A stretch of 37,712 nt of DNA from Candidatus Lightella neohaematopini (GTDB taxonomy: Bacteria > Pseudomonadota > Gammaproteobacteria > Enterobacterales > Enterobacteriaceae), in the NCBI GenBank assembly GCA_025728375.1, contig JAOBJS010000001.1:1-37712 (forward strand), in the 5' to 3' direction. Of the stretch, positions 27,683 through 36,596 are shown piece after piece. Both the position numbers and the translations under genes were made by a program. Position 1 is the stretch's first letter. Every line of letters starts with the position of its first letter. The notes beneath the pieces were generated by a model that was not told the DNA's origin, did no database searches, and worked only from the letters and a program-made list of their open reading frames with translations.

Positions 27683-30553
27683 ATGGATAATCATTATAAT
27701 CCAAAAGATATAGAACAATCAATATATAGGTACTGGGAAAAAAACAATCTATTTCAACCAACTAAAAATAATAAAAAAAATTATTGTATTGTTATACCTC
27801 CTCCTAATATTACAGGAAAATTACATATTGGTCATGCTTATCAGTACACTTTAATGGATATACTAATTAGGTACAATAAAATGCAAGGAAAAAACACTTT
27901 GTGGCAAATGGGTACTGATCATGCTGGTATTGCTATGCAAATTACAGCTGAAAAAATATTAAAGAATAAATATAATAAAATTAGAACAAATTATAGCCGT
28001 GAGGATTTTATTAAAGAAATATGGAAAATAAAGGATAAATTTAGTAACTATATTAATTATCAAATTAAAAGATTAGGTAATTCTGTATATTGGGGTAATA
28101 ATCGATTTACTTTAGATTATAATATGTCATCTTCGGTAAAATCAGCATTTATAAAGTTATATAATGATAACTTAATATATAAAGGTAAAAAATTAGTAAA
28201 TTGGGATTTTAAATTAAAAACTGCTATTTCTGATTTAGAAGTAGTTAATCGAGAACGTATTGGTAATATGTGGTATTTAAGATATCCATTAGCTAATAAT
28301 CAACTTACCATAAATAATTTAAATTATTTAGTTGTAGCAACTACACGTCCAGAAACAATGTTAGGTGATGTTGCTATTGCTGTTAATCCTTATGACAATC
28401 GTTATCAAAATTTAATTGGCAAATATGTTATATTACCAATATTAAATAAAAAATTACCAATTATAGCAGACAAATATGTAGATATTAAAAAAGGTACTGG
28501 TTGTGTAAAAATTACTCCAGCACATGATTTTAATGATTATGATATTGGGAAAAAACATAATTTATTAATAATTAATGTATTTTCAAAAAATGGTACTATA
28601 TTAAATAAACCTGAAATATTTAATAAGAACGGTGTAGTAGATAATGATAATAAAAATATTTATAATATACCTTATTATCTACAAGGATTAGATAGATTTA
28701 AAGCTCGTAATATTATTATAAACAAATTAAAAGATTTAAACTTAATAGATGATATTAAATTACATAAATTAGTTGTTTCTTATAATAACCGTAATAATGA
28801 AATTATTGAACCACTACTAACTAATCAGTGGTATATGCGTACCAGTAAATTATCAAAATTAGCTATTAATCTTGTTAAAGATGGATATATTAAATTTATT
28901 CCAAAACATTATGAAGATTTATATTTTAGCTGGATGAAAAATATACAAGATTGGTGTATTTCAAGACAAATATGGTGGGGTCACCGTATTCCAGCCTGGT
29001 ATGATATTAAAAATAATGTATATGTTGGTAATAATGAACAAGAAATAAGATTATTATATAATATAGATAAAAGTATTACATTACATCAAGATGATGATGT
29101 ATTAGATACATGGTTTTCTTCTTCATTATGGACTTTTGCATCATTGGGATGGCCTAAAAATACTATTTTATTAAAAATGTTTCATCCAACTAATTTAGTA
29201 ATAAGTGGTTTTGATATAATATTTTTTTGGATTGCTAGAATGATTATGTTAACATCTTATTTAGTTAAAAATCATAGTAATACAATTAATATACCATTTA
29301 AAACAGTATATATTACTGGATTAGTATGCGATGAGCTTGGACAAAAAATGTCAAAATCTAAAGGAAATATTATTGATCCTATAGATATAATAGATGGTAT
29401 ATCATTAAGAAATTTAATTTATGAACGTGTTAGACAAGTAACTAATTTTACTGCAATTAAAAGTATTATAAAATATATCAAAAATAAATTTCCTAATGGA
29501 ATTAATGCATATGGTGCTGATGCTCTACGTTTTGCTTTAACAGCTATGTCATCAGCACACAAAAATATTAATTATAATATTAATCAAATATCTAGTTATT
29601 ATAATTTTTGCAATAAATTATGGCAAGTTAGTAGATTTGTATTACTAAATAGTGAAAATTTTTGTAATTATAAATTATCTTCTCTATCTTTAATAGATAA
29701 ATGGATACTAATAGAATTAAATAAGACAGTAAAAAATTTTAAATTTGCATTAGATAGTTATCGTTTTGATATAGCTGTTAATATATTATACACATTCATA
29801 TGGCATCAATTTTGTGATTGGTATATTGAATTAGCAAAAATTAATATTAAATATGGTTCGTTATTAGAAATTAAATATACTAAAAATACTCTATTATTAG
29901 TTTTAAAACAAATATTACTATTAACTCATCCGATTATTCCATTTATCACAGAACATATATGGCAATGTATTAGTAAAAAATTTGATAATAATCAATCTAT
30001 TATATTACAACCATTTCCAAATTATAAAGCATATAATAAAAATATTAATGATATAAATATAATTAATAGTATCAATTTAATAAAAAACATTATTTACACT
30101 ATTAGAAAAATGAGATCAGAAATAAATATAAATAACAATGTACTAATAAAAATTATTCTTAGTAATACTTCTATTGAAGAAGAATTAATAATATTAAATA
30201 ATAGTAAATTTATTAAAAATATAGCTAAATTAAATTCAATTACTATATTAAAAAATAATAAAAAATATAATTATATTCATATTTTTGAGAAAATAAATAA
30301 TATTAAATTAATTATACCATTAAGTAATTTAGATAAAAAAGTATTATATTTTAGATTAGACAAAATTGAATCTTATTTAGTTAAGATAGAAAAAAAAATA
30401 TATATTCTAAATCAAAAATTATTCAATAATAAATTTATAAAGTATGCACCTAAAATAATTATAAACGATGTAAAAAATAAATTAGAAAAATATAATGAAA
30501 TAAAATTAACTTTAATAAAACAAAGAACGTTAATATCTGACTATATAAAATAA
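27683..30553 (+). CDS. valS: Valine--tRNA ligase (full length, CP1 editing domain present)
   Basis: 956 aa. HIGH (GKLHIGHAY), KMSKS (QKMSKSKGN), editing-domain motifs ATTRPETMLGD and TPAHDFNDYDIG, and a C-terminal coiled-coil tail. Confidence 0.96.
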   Translation: MDNHYNPKDIEQSIYRYWEKNNLFQPTKNNKKNYCIVIPPPNITGKLHIGHAYQYTLMDILIRYNKMQGKNTLWQMGTDHAGIAMQITAEKILKNKYNKIRTNYSREDFIKEIWKIKDKFSNYINYQIKRLGNSVYWGNNRFTLDYNMSSSVKSAFIKLYNDNLIYKGKKLVNWDFKLKTAISDLEVVNRERIGNMWYLRYPLANNQLTINNLNYLVVATTRPETMLGDVAIAVNPYDNRYQNLIGKYVILPILNKKLPIIADKYVDIKKGTGCVKITPAHDFNDYDIGKKHNLLIINVFSKNGTILNKPEIFNKNGVVDNDNKNIYNIPYYLQGLDRFKARNIIINKLKDLNLIDDIKLHKLVVSYNNRNNEIIEPLLTNQWYMRTSKLSKLAINLVKDGYIKFIPKHYEDLYFSWMKNIQDWCISRQIWWGHRIPAWYDIKNNVYVGNNEQEIRLLYNIDKSITLHQDDDVLDTWFSSSLWTFASLGWPKNTILLKMFHPTNLVISGFDIIFFWIARMIMLTSYLVKNHSNTINIPFKTVYITGLVCDELGQKMSKSKGNIIDPIDIIDGISLRNLIYERVRQVTNFTAIKSIIKYIKNKFPNGINAYGADALRFALTAMSSAHKNINYNINQISSYYNFCNKLWQVSRFVLLNSENFCNYKLSSLSLIDKWILIELNKTVKNFKFALDSYRFDIAVNILYTFIWHQFCDWYIELAKINIKYGSLLEIKYTKNTLLLVLKQILLLTHPIIPFITEHIWQCISKKFDNNQSIILQPFPNYKAYNKNINDINIINSINLIKNIIYTIRKMRSEININNNVLIKIILSNTSIEEELIILNNSKFIKNIAKLNSITILKNNKKYNYIHIFEKINNIKLIIPLSNLDKKVLYFRLDKIESYLVKIEKKIYILNQKLFNNKFIKYAPKIIINDVKNKLEKYNEIKLTLIKQRTLISDYIK

Positions 30554-30564
30554 ATAAATTAATT

Positions 30565-31083
30565 TTATACTAAATTAGTTTTTGTAAATAATCCAACTTT
30601 TAAATTATTAGCAGTATAAATTAACTTATTATCACATAATAATTCACCATCAGCAATACCAACTATTAGCTTATTATTAATAATACGTCTTAAATGAACA
30701 TGATAAATTATTTGTTTTGATGTTGGTAATACCTGACCAAAAAATTTTACCTCTTTTACTCCTAATGCTCTACCTTTACCTTTTCCACCTAACCAACCAA
30801 GATAAAAACCAACTAATTGCCACATAGCATCTAAACCTAAACATCCTGGCATAACTGGATCATTTACAAAATGACAAGAAAAAAACCACATATTAGGATT
30901 AATGTCTAACTCAGCTTCTATAAAACCATTTTTATAATTACCATAATCTTTATTAATATTAGTTATTCTATCTATCATTAACATATTTAAAGATGGTAAT
31001 TTAGGGCCATCTATACCAAATAATTTACCATATCCGGATGCTATTAAATCATTTTTTGAAAAAAAATTTTGTTCACTTAACAT
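30565..31083 (-). CDS. fabA: 3-hydroxydecanoyl-ACP dehydratase/isomerase
   Basis: 172 aa. [44 protein letters not shown] is almost identical to E. coli FabA. Confidence 0.96.
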   Translation of the reverse strand: MLSEQNFFSKNDLIASGYGKLFGIDGPKLPSLNMLMIDRITNINKDYGNYKNGFIEAELDINPNMWFFSCHFVNDPVMPGCLGLDAMWQLVGFYLGWLGGKGKGRALGVKEVKFFGQVLPTSKQIIYHVHLRRIINNKLIVGIADGELLCDNKLIYTANNLKVGLFTKTNLV

Positions 31084-31273
31084 AAAATTAAATAAAATAA
31101 AATACCTTATATTAAATAATTTTAAACTATTTAAATCATCAAATATAATGCAAAAAAATAAAATATTAGTCTTGTAATTACTGTTAATAAATAATTAAGC
31201 AAAATTATTATTAATTTCTATTAATAAACTTTATTAAATTCCCCATTAAAATTTTAATTTATATAATAAAATT

Positions 31274-31930
31274 TTATCTACGTAATAAATTAATACTGCT
31301 TATTAAACTAACAAATATATTATATAATGAAACGTATAAACTAATCGTTGCTCTAATATAATTAGTTTCACCACCATAAATAATATTACTTATTTCCCAT
31401 AATATAGAAGCAGAAGAACAAATAATAAATATAGTACTAATTGTTAATGATACTATAGATAAATTAAAGAAACTATTTACTATAATTAGTATAAATAATG
31501 ATAGAAAGCCACTAATTATTATACTTGATAGAAATGACATATTTTTCTTAGTTATAAAAATATAAAGAGAACAAAATAGTAGTATTAATGCAGTACCAAT
31601 TAAAGACAAAATTATTATATCATTAGCTCCGGAAAATAATATCTTGCTTAAAGTAGGTCCTAAAGTATAACCCATAAATCCAGTTAAAGCAAATGTAGAA
31701 AAAATACCAAAAATACTATTAGACAATTTTTGTGTTAAAAATAATAAACCATAAAATCCAACTATCACAATTAATAAACCAGGACTAGGTAAACAATATA
31801 TTGTACTAATAGTAGCTATAAATCCTGAAAATGCTAATGTTAAAAATAATAAAAAATAAGTATTGCGTAAAACTTTATTAGTATTTAAAATAGGTTTATT
31901 AACTAAAATATCCTTAACTAATTGATTCAT
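31274..31930 (-). CDS. yccA: BAX-inhibitor-1/YccA-family inner-membrane protein (FtsH modulator in E. coli)
   Basis: 218 aa with about 7 transmembrane segments, an N-terminal LRNTYFLLFLTL and a C-terminal ISLYVSLYNIFVSLI motif typical of the family. AGGAG Shine-Dalgarno. Adjacent to tRNA-Ser(UGA), as yccA is to serT in E. coli. Confidence 0.85.
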   Translation of the reverse strand: MNQLVKDILVNKPILNTNKVLRNTYFLLFLTLAFSGFIATISTIYCLPSPGLLIVIVGFYGLLFLTQKLSNSIFGIFSTFALTGFMGYTLGPTLSKILFSGANDIIILSLIGTALILLFCSLYIFITKKNMSFLSSIIISGFLSLFILIIVNSFFNLSIVSLTISTIFIICSSASILWEISNIIYGGETNYIRATISLYVSLYNIFVSLISSINLLRR

Positions 31931-32088
31931 AAAAGCTCCTATTTATGGTAAATATTGGTGAAATTAATTTAAATATTATAATTTACAATGTGTAAACATA
32001 TTAATTTTATATAATTATAACAATAATTTTTGATATTGTAAATTAGTTGATCAGCACTAATTATAATTGGTATTAATATTAGTTTTTT

Positions 32089-32171
32089 GGAGGAGTGGCT
32101 GAGTGGTTTAAAGCACCGGTCTTGAAAATCGGTAGTAGGAATACTCTAGAGTTCGAATCTCTACTCCTCCG
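32089..32171 (+). tRNA. tRNA-Ser (anticodon UGA), class II, no encoded CCA
   Basis: GGAGGAG/CTCCTCC acceptor, anticodon stem CCGGT/ATCGG with loop CTTGAAA, long variable arm, T arm TAGAG-TTCGAAT-CTCTA, discriminator G. It resembles E. coli serT. Confidence 0.9.
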
Positions 32172-32184
32172 TTATAATTTTATT

Positions 32185-32257
32185 GGGTCGTTAGCTTAGT
32201 TGGTAGAGCGATTGACTCTTAATCAATTGGTCGTAGGTTCGAATCCTACACGACCCA
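32185..32257 (+). tRNA. tRNA-Lys with anticodon CUU, no encoded CCA
   Basis: GGGTCGT/ACGACCC acceptor, D arm GCTT..GAGC, anticodon stem ATTGA/TCAAT with loop CTCTTAA (positions 34-36 are CTT), T arm GTAGG-TTCGAAT-CCTAC, discriminator A. The body is nearly identical to E. coli tRNA-Lys(UUU). Confidence 0.88.
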
Positions 32258-32380
32258 TAAATGAGAATATTATTTTAAATAGATTAAATTATGTTAATAC
32301 TTTTAAACAGGAATTACTTTTTATTAATTTTTATATTAGTATATTATATTATAACTATTTAAGTTAACAAATATAATATT

Positions 32381-32935
32381 ATGCAATTTAATATACCAAC
32401 TTGGTTAACTGTTTTTCGAGTAGTAGTAACACCGTTATTTATTTTTATTTTCTATTTACCATTTACTTGGTCTAGACTGTGTTGTATTACAATATTTATT
32501 ACAGCTTCAATTACTGATTGGTTTGATGGATTTTTAGCTCGTCGTTGGAAACAAACAAGTAATTTTGGAGCTTTTCTTGATCCAGTAGCTGACAAAGTAA
32601 TGGTGTCGGTAGTATTAGTATTAATATCCGATCAATTACATTATTGGTTAATTACATTACCATCATCAATAATTATTGCAAGAGAAATTATTATTTCGGC
32701 ATTAAGAGAATGGTTAGCTAGATTAGGAAAAAATAATAATTTTTCTGTTACTGTAATTAGCAAAATAAAAACTACAATTCAAATTATTGCTATTACTACA
32801 TTATTATGTCAATCAAATAATTATACTATATTGATAATTGGCATAATTTTTTTATATATTGCATTAATATTAACTTTTTATTCTATGTTAAAATATTTAT
32901 ATATTCTTAGACATGAATTTTATAAAAAATTTTAA
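32381..32935 (+). CDS. pgsA: CDP-diacylglycerol--glycerol-3-phosphate 3-phosphatidyltransferase
   Basis: 184 aa. MQFNIPTWLTVFRV.., and the CDP-alcohol phosphotransferase motif DWFDGFLARRW..FGAFLDPVADK. Confidence 0.96.
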   Translation: MQFNIPTWLTVFRVVVTPLFIFIFYLPFTWSRLCCITIFITASITDWFDGFLARRWKQTSNFGAFLDPVADKVMVSVVLVLISDQLHYWLITLPSSIIIAREIIISALREWLARLGKNNNFSVTVISKIKTTIQIIAITTLLCQSNNYTILIIGIIFLYIALILTFYSMLKYLYILRHEFYKKF

Positions 32936-32983
32936 TATTGTTAAAACATTAAATATAATATATATTAGTGACTCTAAAATTTT

Positions 32984-33055
32984 GGCGTGTTGACAGAATG
33001 GTTTATGTAGCGGATTGCAAATCCGTTTATCCCAGTTCGATTCTGGGACACGTCT
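32984..33055 (+). tRNA. tRNA-Cys (anticodon GCA), U73 discriminator, no encoded CCA
   Basis: GGCGTGT/ACACGTC acceptor (G2:U71 wobble), anticodon stem GCGGA/TCCGT with loop TTGCAAA, T arm CCCAG-TTCGATT-CTGGG. It lies downstream of pgsA, as cysT does in E. coli. Confidence 0.88.
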
Positions 33056-33061
33056 TGTTTT

Positions 33062-33146
33062 ACCCGGGTGGTGAAATTTGGTAGACACAAGGGACTTAAA
33101 ATCCCTCAGCTAATAAGCTATACGAGTTCAAATCTCGTCCCGGGTA
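33062..33146 (+). tRNA. tRNA-Leu (anticodon UAA), class II, no encoded CCA
   Basis: ACCCGGG/CCCGGGT acceptor, anticodon stem AGGGA/TCCCT with loop CTTAAAA, long variable arm, T arm ACGAG-TTCAAAT-CTCGT, discriminator A. It resembles E. coli leuZ, which follows cysT. Confidence 0.9.
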
Positions 33147-33163
33147 TTTTAAAAAATTTAATT

Positions 33164-34084
33164 TTAATTAATTATTACTGGTATGCCAGATCTTCTATTT
33201 AATTCGTTATTAAATTTTTTTATATTTATATTATTATTTGCTATAAATTTTTTAATATATTTGTTTATTTTAATTGGTAGTATTTTTTTTGACATAAATT
33301 CTTCTTTACTAGAAGATAATGGTTGATGTACTTCTAAATATATCATATTATTTGGTTCCTTAGCGATTTTTATTGGTTCATTAATAAATTGTACTCTAGT
33401 ACCTACAGGAACATTTTTAAATAAAAATCTAATATCATTATCCCTTAGACGTACACAACCATGACTAATTCTTAATCCAATTCCAAATTTACTATTGGTT
33501 CCATGTATAGCGTAATAATTACCAAGATATAAGGCAAATAATCCCATCGGATTACTTGGACCAGCGGGAAATATTTTAGGTATACATTGCCCATTACGTA
33601 TGTATTCATCTCTAATATTTTTTGTTGGAATCCATATAGGATTACTTTTTTTATACTTAACATAAGTAATCCAATTTTTAGGAGTTTCGTTACCTATTTC
33701 CCCAATTCCAATAGGAAAAACAATAACTTTATTATCTTTTAAAAAGAAATATAGACGCATTTCTGCACTATTAATTATAATTCCTTTATGTAAAGTATTT
33801 GGTAGTATCATTTTTTTAGGTATAACTATTTTAGTACATGATTTAGGTAGATAAACATCTAAATTTGGATTTGCTTCTAACATATTAGTTATACCTACCT
33901 GGAATTTAGCAGAAAAATATTCCAGTGAACATTTATTATTTAATGGAATAATAAAATTAATATTATTACCTATAACTCTACTGTTTGGATTAAAAATTTT
34001 ATATGTTGTAGCAAATAGATAATTATTATAGAATAAATTAGTTATTGAAATAATAATTAATAAAACTTTAAATAAGTATAACAT
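33164..34084 (-). CDS. ldtB: Periplasmic L,D-transpeptidase (YkuD domain), of the YbiS/LdtB type that anchors Lpp to peptidoglycan
   Basis: 306 aa, the same length as E. coli YbiS. SLEYFSAKFQVGITNMLEANP, IIINSAEMRLYFF, PAGPSNPMGLFALYLG..YAIHGTN..FGIGLRISHGCVRLRDNDIRFLF (catalytic HGC), and VGTRVQFINEP. Assignment to a specific paralogue (ldtA, ldtB or ldtC) is tentative. Confidence 0.85.
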   Translation of the reverse strand: MLYLFKVLLIIISITNLFYNNYLFATTYKIFNPNSRVIGNNINFIIPLNNKCSLEYFSAKFQVGITNMLEANPNLDVYLPKSCTKIVIPKKMILPNTLHKGIIINSAEMRLYFFLKDNKVIVFPIGIGEIGNETPKNWITYVKYKKSNPIWIPTKNIRDEYIRNGQCIPKIFPAGPSNPMGLFALYLGNYYAIHGTNSKFGIGLRISHGCVRLRDNDIRFLFKNVPVGTRVQFINEPIKIAKEPNNMIYLEVHQPLSSSKEEFMSKKILPIKINKYIKKFIANNNINIKKFNNELNRRSGIPVIIN

Positions 34085-34137
34085 AAGTACATAAGTTTCA
34101 AGTTATTTTAAATATTTTAAAATCTTTTAATAATAAA

Positions 34138-34164
34138 AAACCTTACTATGATATAGTAAGGTTT
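34138..34164 (-). terminator. Rho-independent terminator downstream of ahpC
   Basis: The minus strand reads AAACCTTACTAT-ATC-ATAGTAAGGTTT followed by TTTATTATT. This is a perfect 12-bp stem and 3-nt loop with a T-rich tail, 54 nt after the ahpC stop. Confidence 0.7.
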
Positions 34165-34217
34165 AAGTTTTGAAAACCATTGCATAATTTTAATTAATCG
34201 TATTAATTAAAAACAAA

Positions 34218-34817
34218 TTATAAATCATTAATATTATTACTTAGGTAATTACTAATACCATCTTTAGTTGGTTCAATTGTATTTTTTCCTATTTGCCACT
34301 GTGCAGGACAAACTTGACCATCAATTTCATGATGTTTAAAAGCATCGATAAATCTTATTATTTCATCTATATTTCTACCTACAGGTAAGTCATTTATAGA
34401 TTGATGACGAACAATACTATCTTTATCTAATATAAAAGTTCCTCTTAATGCTACACCTAACTCTGGATGTTCTACTTCGTAAGATTTTATAATGTTTCTT
34501 TTTATATCAGAAATCATTGGATAATTAATCTTAAATATTCCTCCATTATTAATAGACATAGAACGCCATGTACTATGTGAAAACACAGAATCTGTAGATA
34601 TACCAACTATTTTTACATCACGCTGTTTAAACTCTATATAACGTTTATTAAAAGAAATTAATTCAGACGGACACACAAAAGTAAAATCCATTGGCCAAAA
34701 AAATATAACAGCATATTTATTACTAATATATTCATATAAATTAAAATTATTAACTATTGTTCCATCTTTTAATACTGCTGGAGCCGTAAAGTTAGGTGCC
34801 ATTTTTGTAACTAACAT
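34218..34817 (-). CDS. ahpC: Typical 2-Cys peroxiredoxin (AhpC/TsaA type, about 200 aa, thioredoxin-dependent class)
   Basis: The track start at 34832 is a GTG inside the Shine-Dalgarno (GTGGAGGATAATATTATG). The ATG at 34817 gives MLVTKMAPNFTAPAVL... Peroxidatic Cys motif FFWPMDFTFVCPSEL and resolving Cys motif GQVCPAQW. Confidence 0.92.
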   Translation of the reverse strand: MLVTKMAPNFTAPAVLKDGTIVNNFNLYEYISNKYAVIFFWPMDFTFVCPSELISFNKRYIEFKQRDVKIVGISTDSVFSHSTWRSMSINNGGIFKINYPMISDIKRNIIKSYEVEHPELGVALRGTFILDKDSIVRHQSINDLPVGRNIDEIIRFIDAFKHHEIDGQVCPAQWQIGKNTIEPTKDGISNYLSNNINDL

Positions 34818-35042
34818 AATATTATCCTCCACAAAATATTTTAATTAAATCATATTATAACACATATATTAATAATAACATAACAAATAGTCATTTATAA
34901 TGATACAATAAATAATAAATTAATATTTACTATATTAATATTGTTTTACATTATTTATAGTAGTATAATAGTTAGGTTATTATTTTAATTTAATAATATA
35001 GATTACATATAGTATTTAATAAATTAACAAAGATGTCATTAG

Positions 35043-35435
35043 ATGGATAATTTTATTAACGAAATAATTTTAGCAAATTATAGTAACTATTCACAATCAT
35101 CTGGTAATCCTTATTCAATTTTATTAATGTTATTTATTTTTGTGTTAATATTTTATTTTATGATTATAAGACCTCAACAAAAACGTATAAAATCACATAA
35201 AGTATTAATTAATAGCCTTAAAAACGGTGATGAAATTATGACTAGTGGAGGTTTAATAGGAATGGTTTTAGAAAAAACAAATAATGGATATGCATTATTA
35301 CTACTTGTGGATAATAATAAAGTAATTATTAAATTAGATTATATTTCTATTATTTTACCTAAAGGTACAGTAAATTTACTTAATAAAGATCTAACAAAAA
35401 CAATGAAGAATACACCTAAACTAGACAAAAAGTAA
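35043..35435 (+). CDS. yajC: Preprotein translocase accessory subunit YajC
   Basis: 130 aa. ILLMLFIFVLIFYFMIIRPQQKRIKSHKVLINSLKNGDEIMTSGGLIGMV matches YajC, with a C-terminal extension of about 20 aa relative to E. coli. Confidence 0.9.
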   Translation: MDNFINEIILANYSNYSQSSGNPYSILLMLFIFVLIFYFMIIRPQQKRIKSHKVLINSLKNGDEIMTSGGLIGMVLEKTNNGYALLLLVDNNKVIIKLDYISIILPKGTVNLLNKDLTKTMKNTPKLDKK

Positions 35436-35437
35436 TA

Positions 35438-36574
35438 ATGAATATAATGAATGATCAAGACAGAATATATCTTTCTCGTGCATTTAAATTAGCCAAATTA
35501 GGTAAAATGTCTACATTTTCTAATCCAAATGTTGGATGTGTTATAGTAAAAAATAATAATATTGTTGGTGAAGGTTATCACCAATACTACGGTGGTAATC
35601 ATGCAGAAATAAATGCATTAACAATGGCTGGTAAACATGCATATGGTTCTACTGTTTATGTTACTTTGGAACCATGTAGTTATTACAATAAAACACCACC
35701 TTGTACAGATGCTTTAATAAAAAGTAAAGTATCTAAAGTAATAGCTGCTACTATAGATCCTAATCCAAAAGTATCTGGTAAAGGATTTAGTAAATTAAAA
35801 AACCATGGAATTTTAGTAGAATATGGTTATATGTTAGATGAAGCAGAAAAACTTAATTATGATTTTTTTAAAAGAGTTCGTACTGGTATTCCTTGGGTAA
35901 GTTTAAAGTTAGCATCATCATTAGATGGACGTGTTAATTATGCTTTTAATAAAAAAAAATGGATTACTTCTGTTAAATCAAGACAAGATGTACAAATTTT
36001 TAGAGCAAAAAGTGATGTAATTTTATCTACTTCATCAACAATTATAACTGATAATCCAAAATTAACAGTACGTAAATCATTATTACCAAAATATATAAAA
36101 AATATTTATTCTACTAAATATATTAGAGATCCTATTAGGGTAATTATTGATGTTAACAATCGTATAAATAAAAATTTTAATGTAATTACAGATAATAAAA
36201 TAACTTGGCTAATTAGATCTACTATTAATGATGACTTATTAAAGTCACCAAAAATTAAACAGATTATTTTACCTACATATTCAAAGAATAATAAAACTTA
36301 CTTAGATTTATTTAAATTATTAGTATATTTAGGTAAAAATGAAATAAATAGAGTTTTTGTAGAGGCTGGATCAACATTATCCAGTATTTTAATTAAAAAA
36401 AAATTAATAAACGAATTTATATTATATCAATCACCTAAAATAATAGGGGCAAATGCTAGTTCGTTATTTAATATAAATCAAGAACATAACAATCATAAAA
36501 TAATGAAATTTAAAATTTTGGATGTAAAAAAAATTGGGGTAGATATTAGAATTCGTTTAATACCTAATAAATAA
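35438..36574 (+). CDS. ribD: Bifunctional riboflavin biosynthesis protein RibD (deaminase/reductase)
   Basis: 378 aa. Deaminase zinc motifs HAEINAL and TLEPCSYYNKTPPC, and a reductase domain with KLASSLDGR. Confidence 0.94.
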   Translation: MNIMNDQDRIYLSRAFKLAKLGKMSTFSNPNVGCVIVKNNNIVGEGYHQYYGGNHAEINALTMAGKHAYGSTVYVTLEPCSYYNKTPPCTDALIKSKVSKVIAATIDPNPKVSGKGFSKLKNHGILVEYGYMLDEAEKLNYDFFKRVRTGIPWVSLKLASSLDGRVNYAFNKKKWITSVKSRQDVQIFRAKSDVILSTSSTIITDNPKLTVRKSLLPKYIKNIYSTKYIRDPIRVIIDVNNRINKNFNVITDNKITWLIRSTINDDLLKSPKIKQIILPTYSKNNKTYLDLFKLLVYLGKNEINRVFVEAGSTLSSILIKKKLINEFILYQSPKIIGANASSLFNINQEHNNHKIMKFKILDVKKIGVDIRIRLIPNK

Positions 36575-36596
36575 TTGTATAAGAAGAGAGAATATA

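Noticed and set aside
32897-33088. 63-aa minus-strand ORF
   Set aside because: It spans the tRNA-Cys gene and the 5' end of tRNA-Leu(UAA). The G/C-rich tRNA sequence merely keeps a frame open.
33472-33663. 63-aa minus-strand ORF nested in the ldt gene
   Set aside because: It is an alternative frame within a well-supported CDS on the same strand, and there is no evidence for an overlapping gene.
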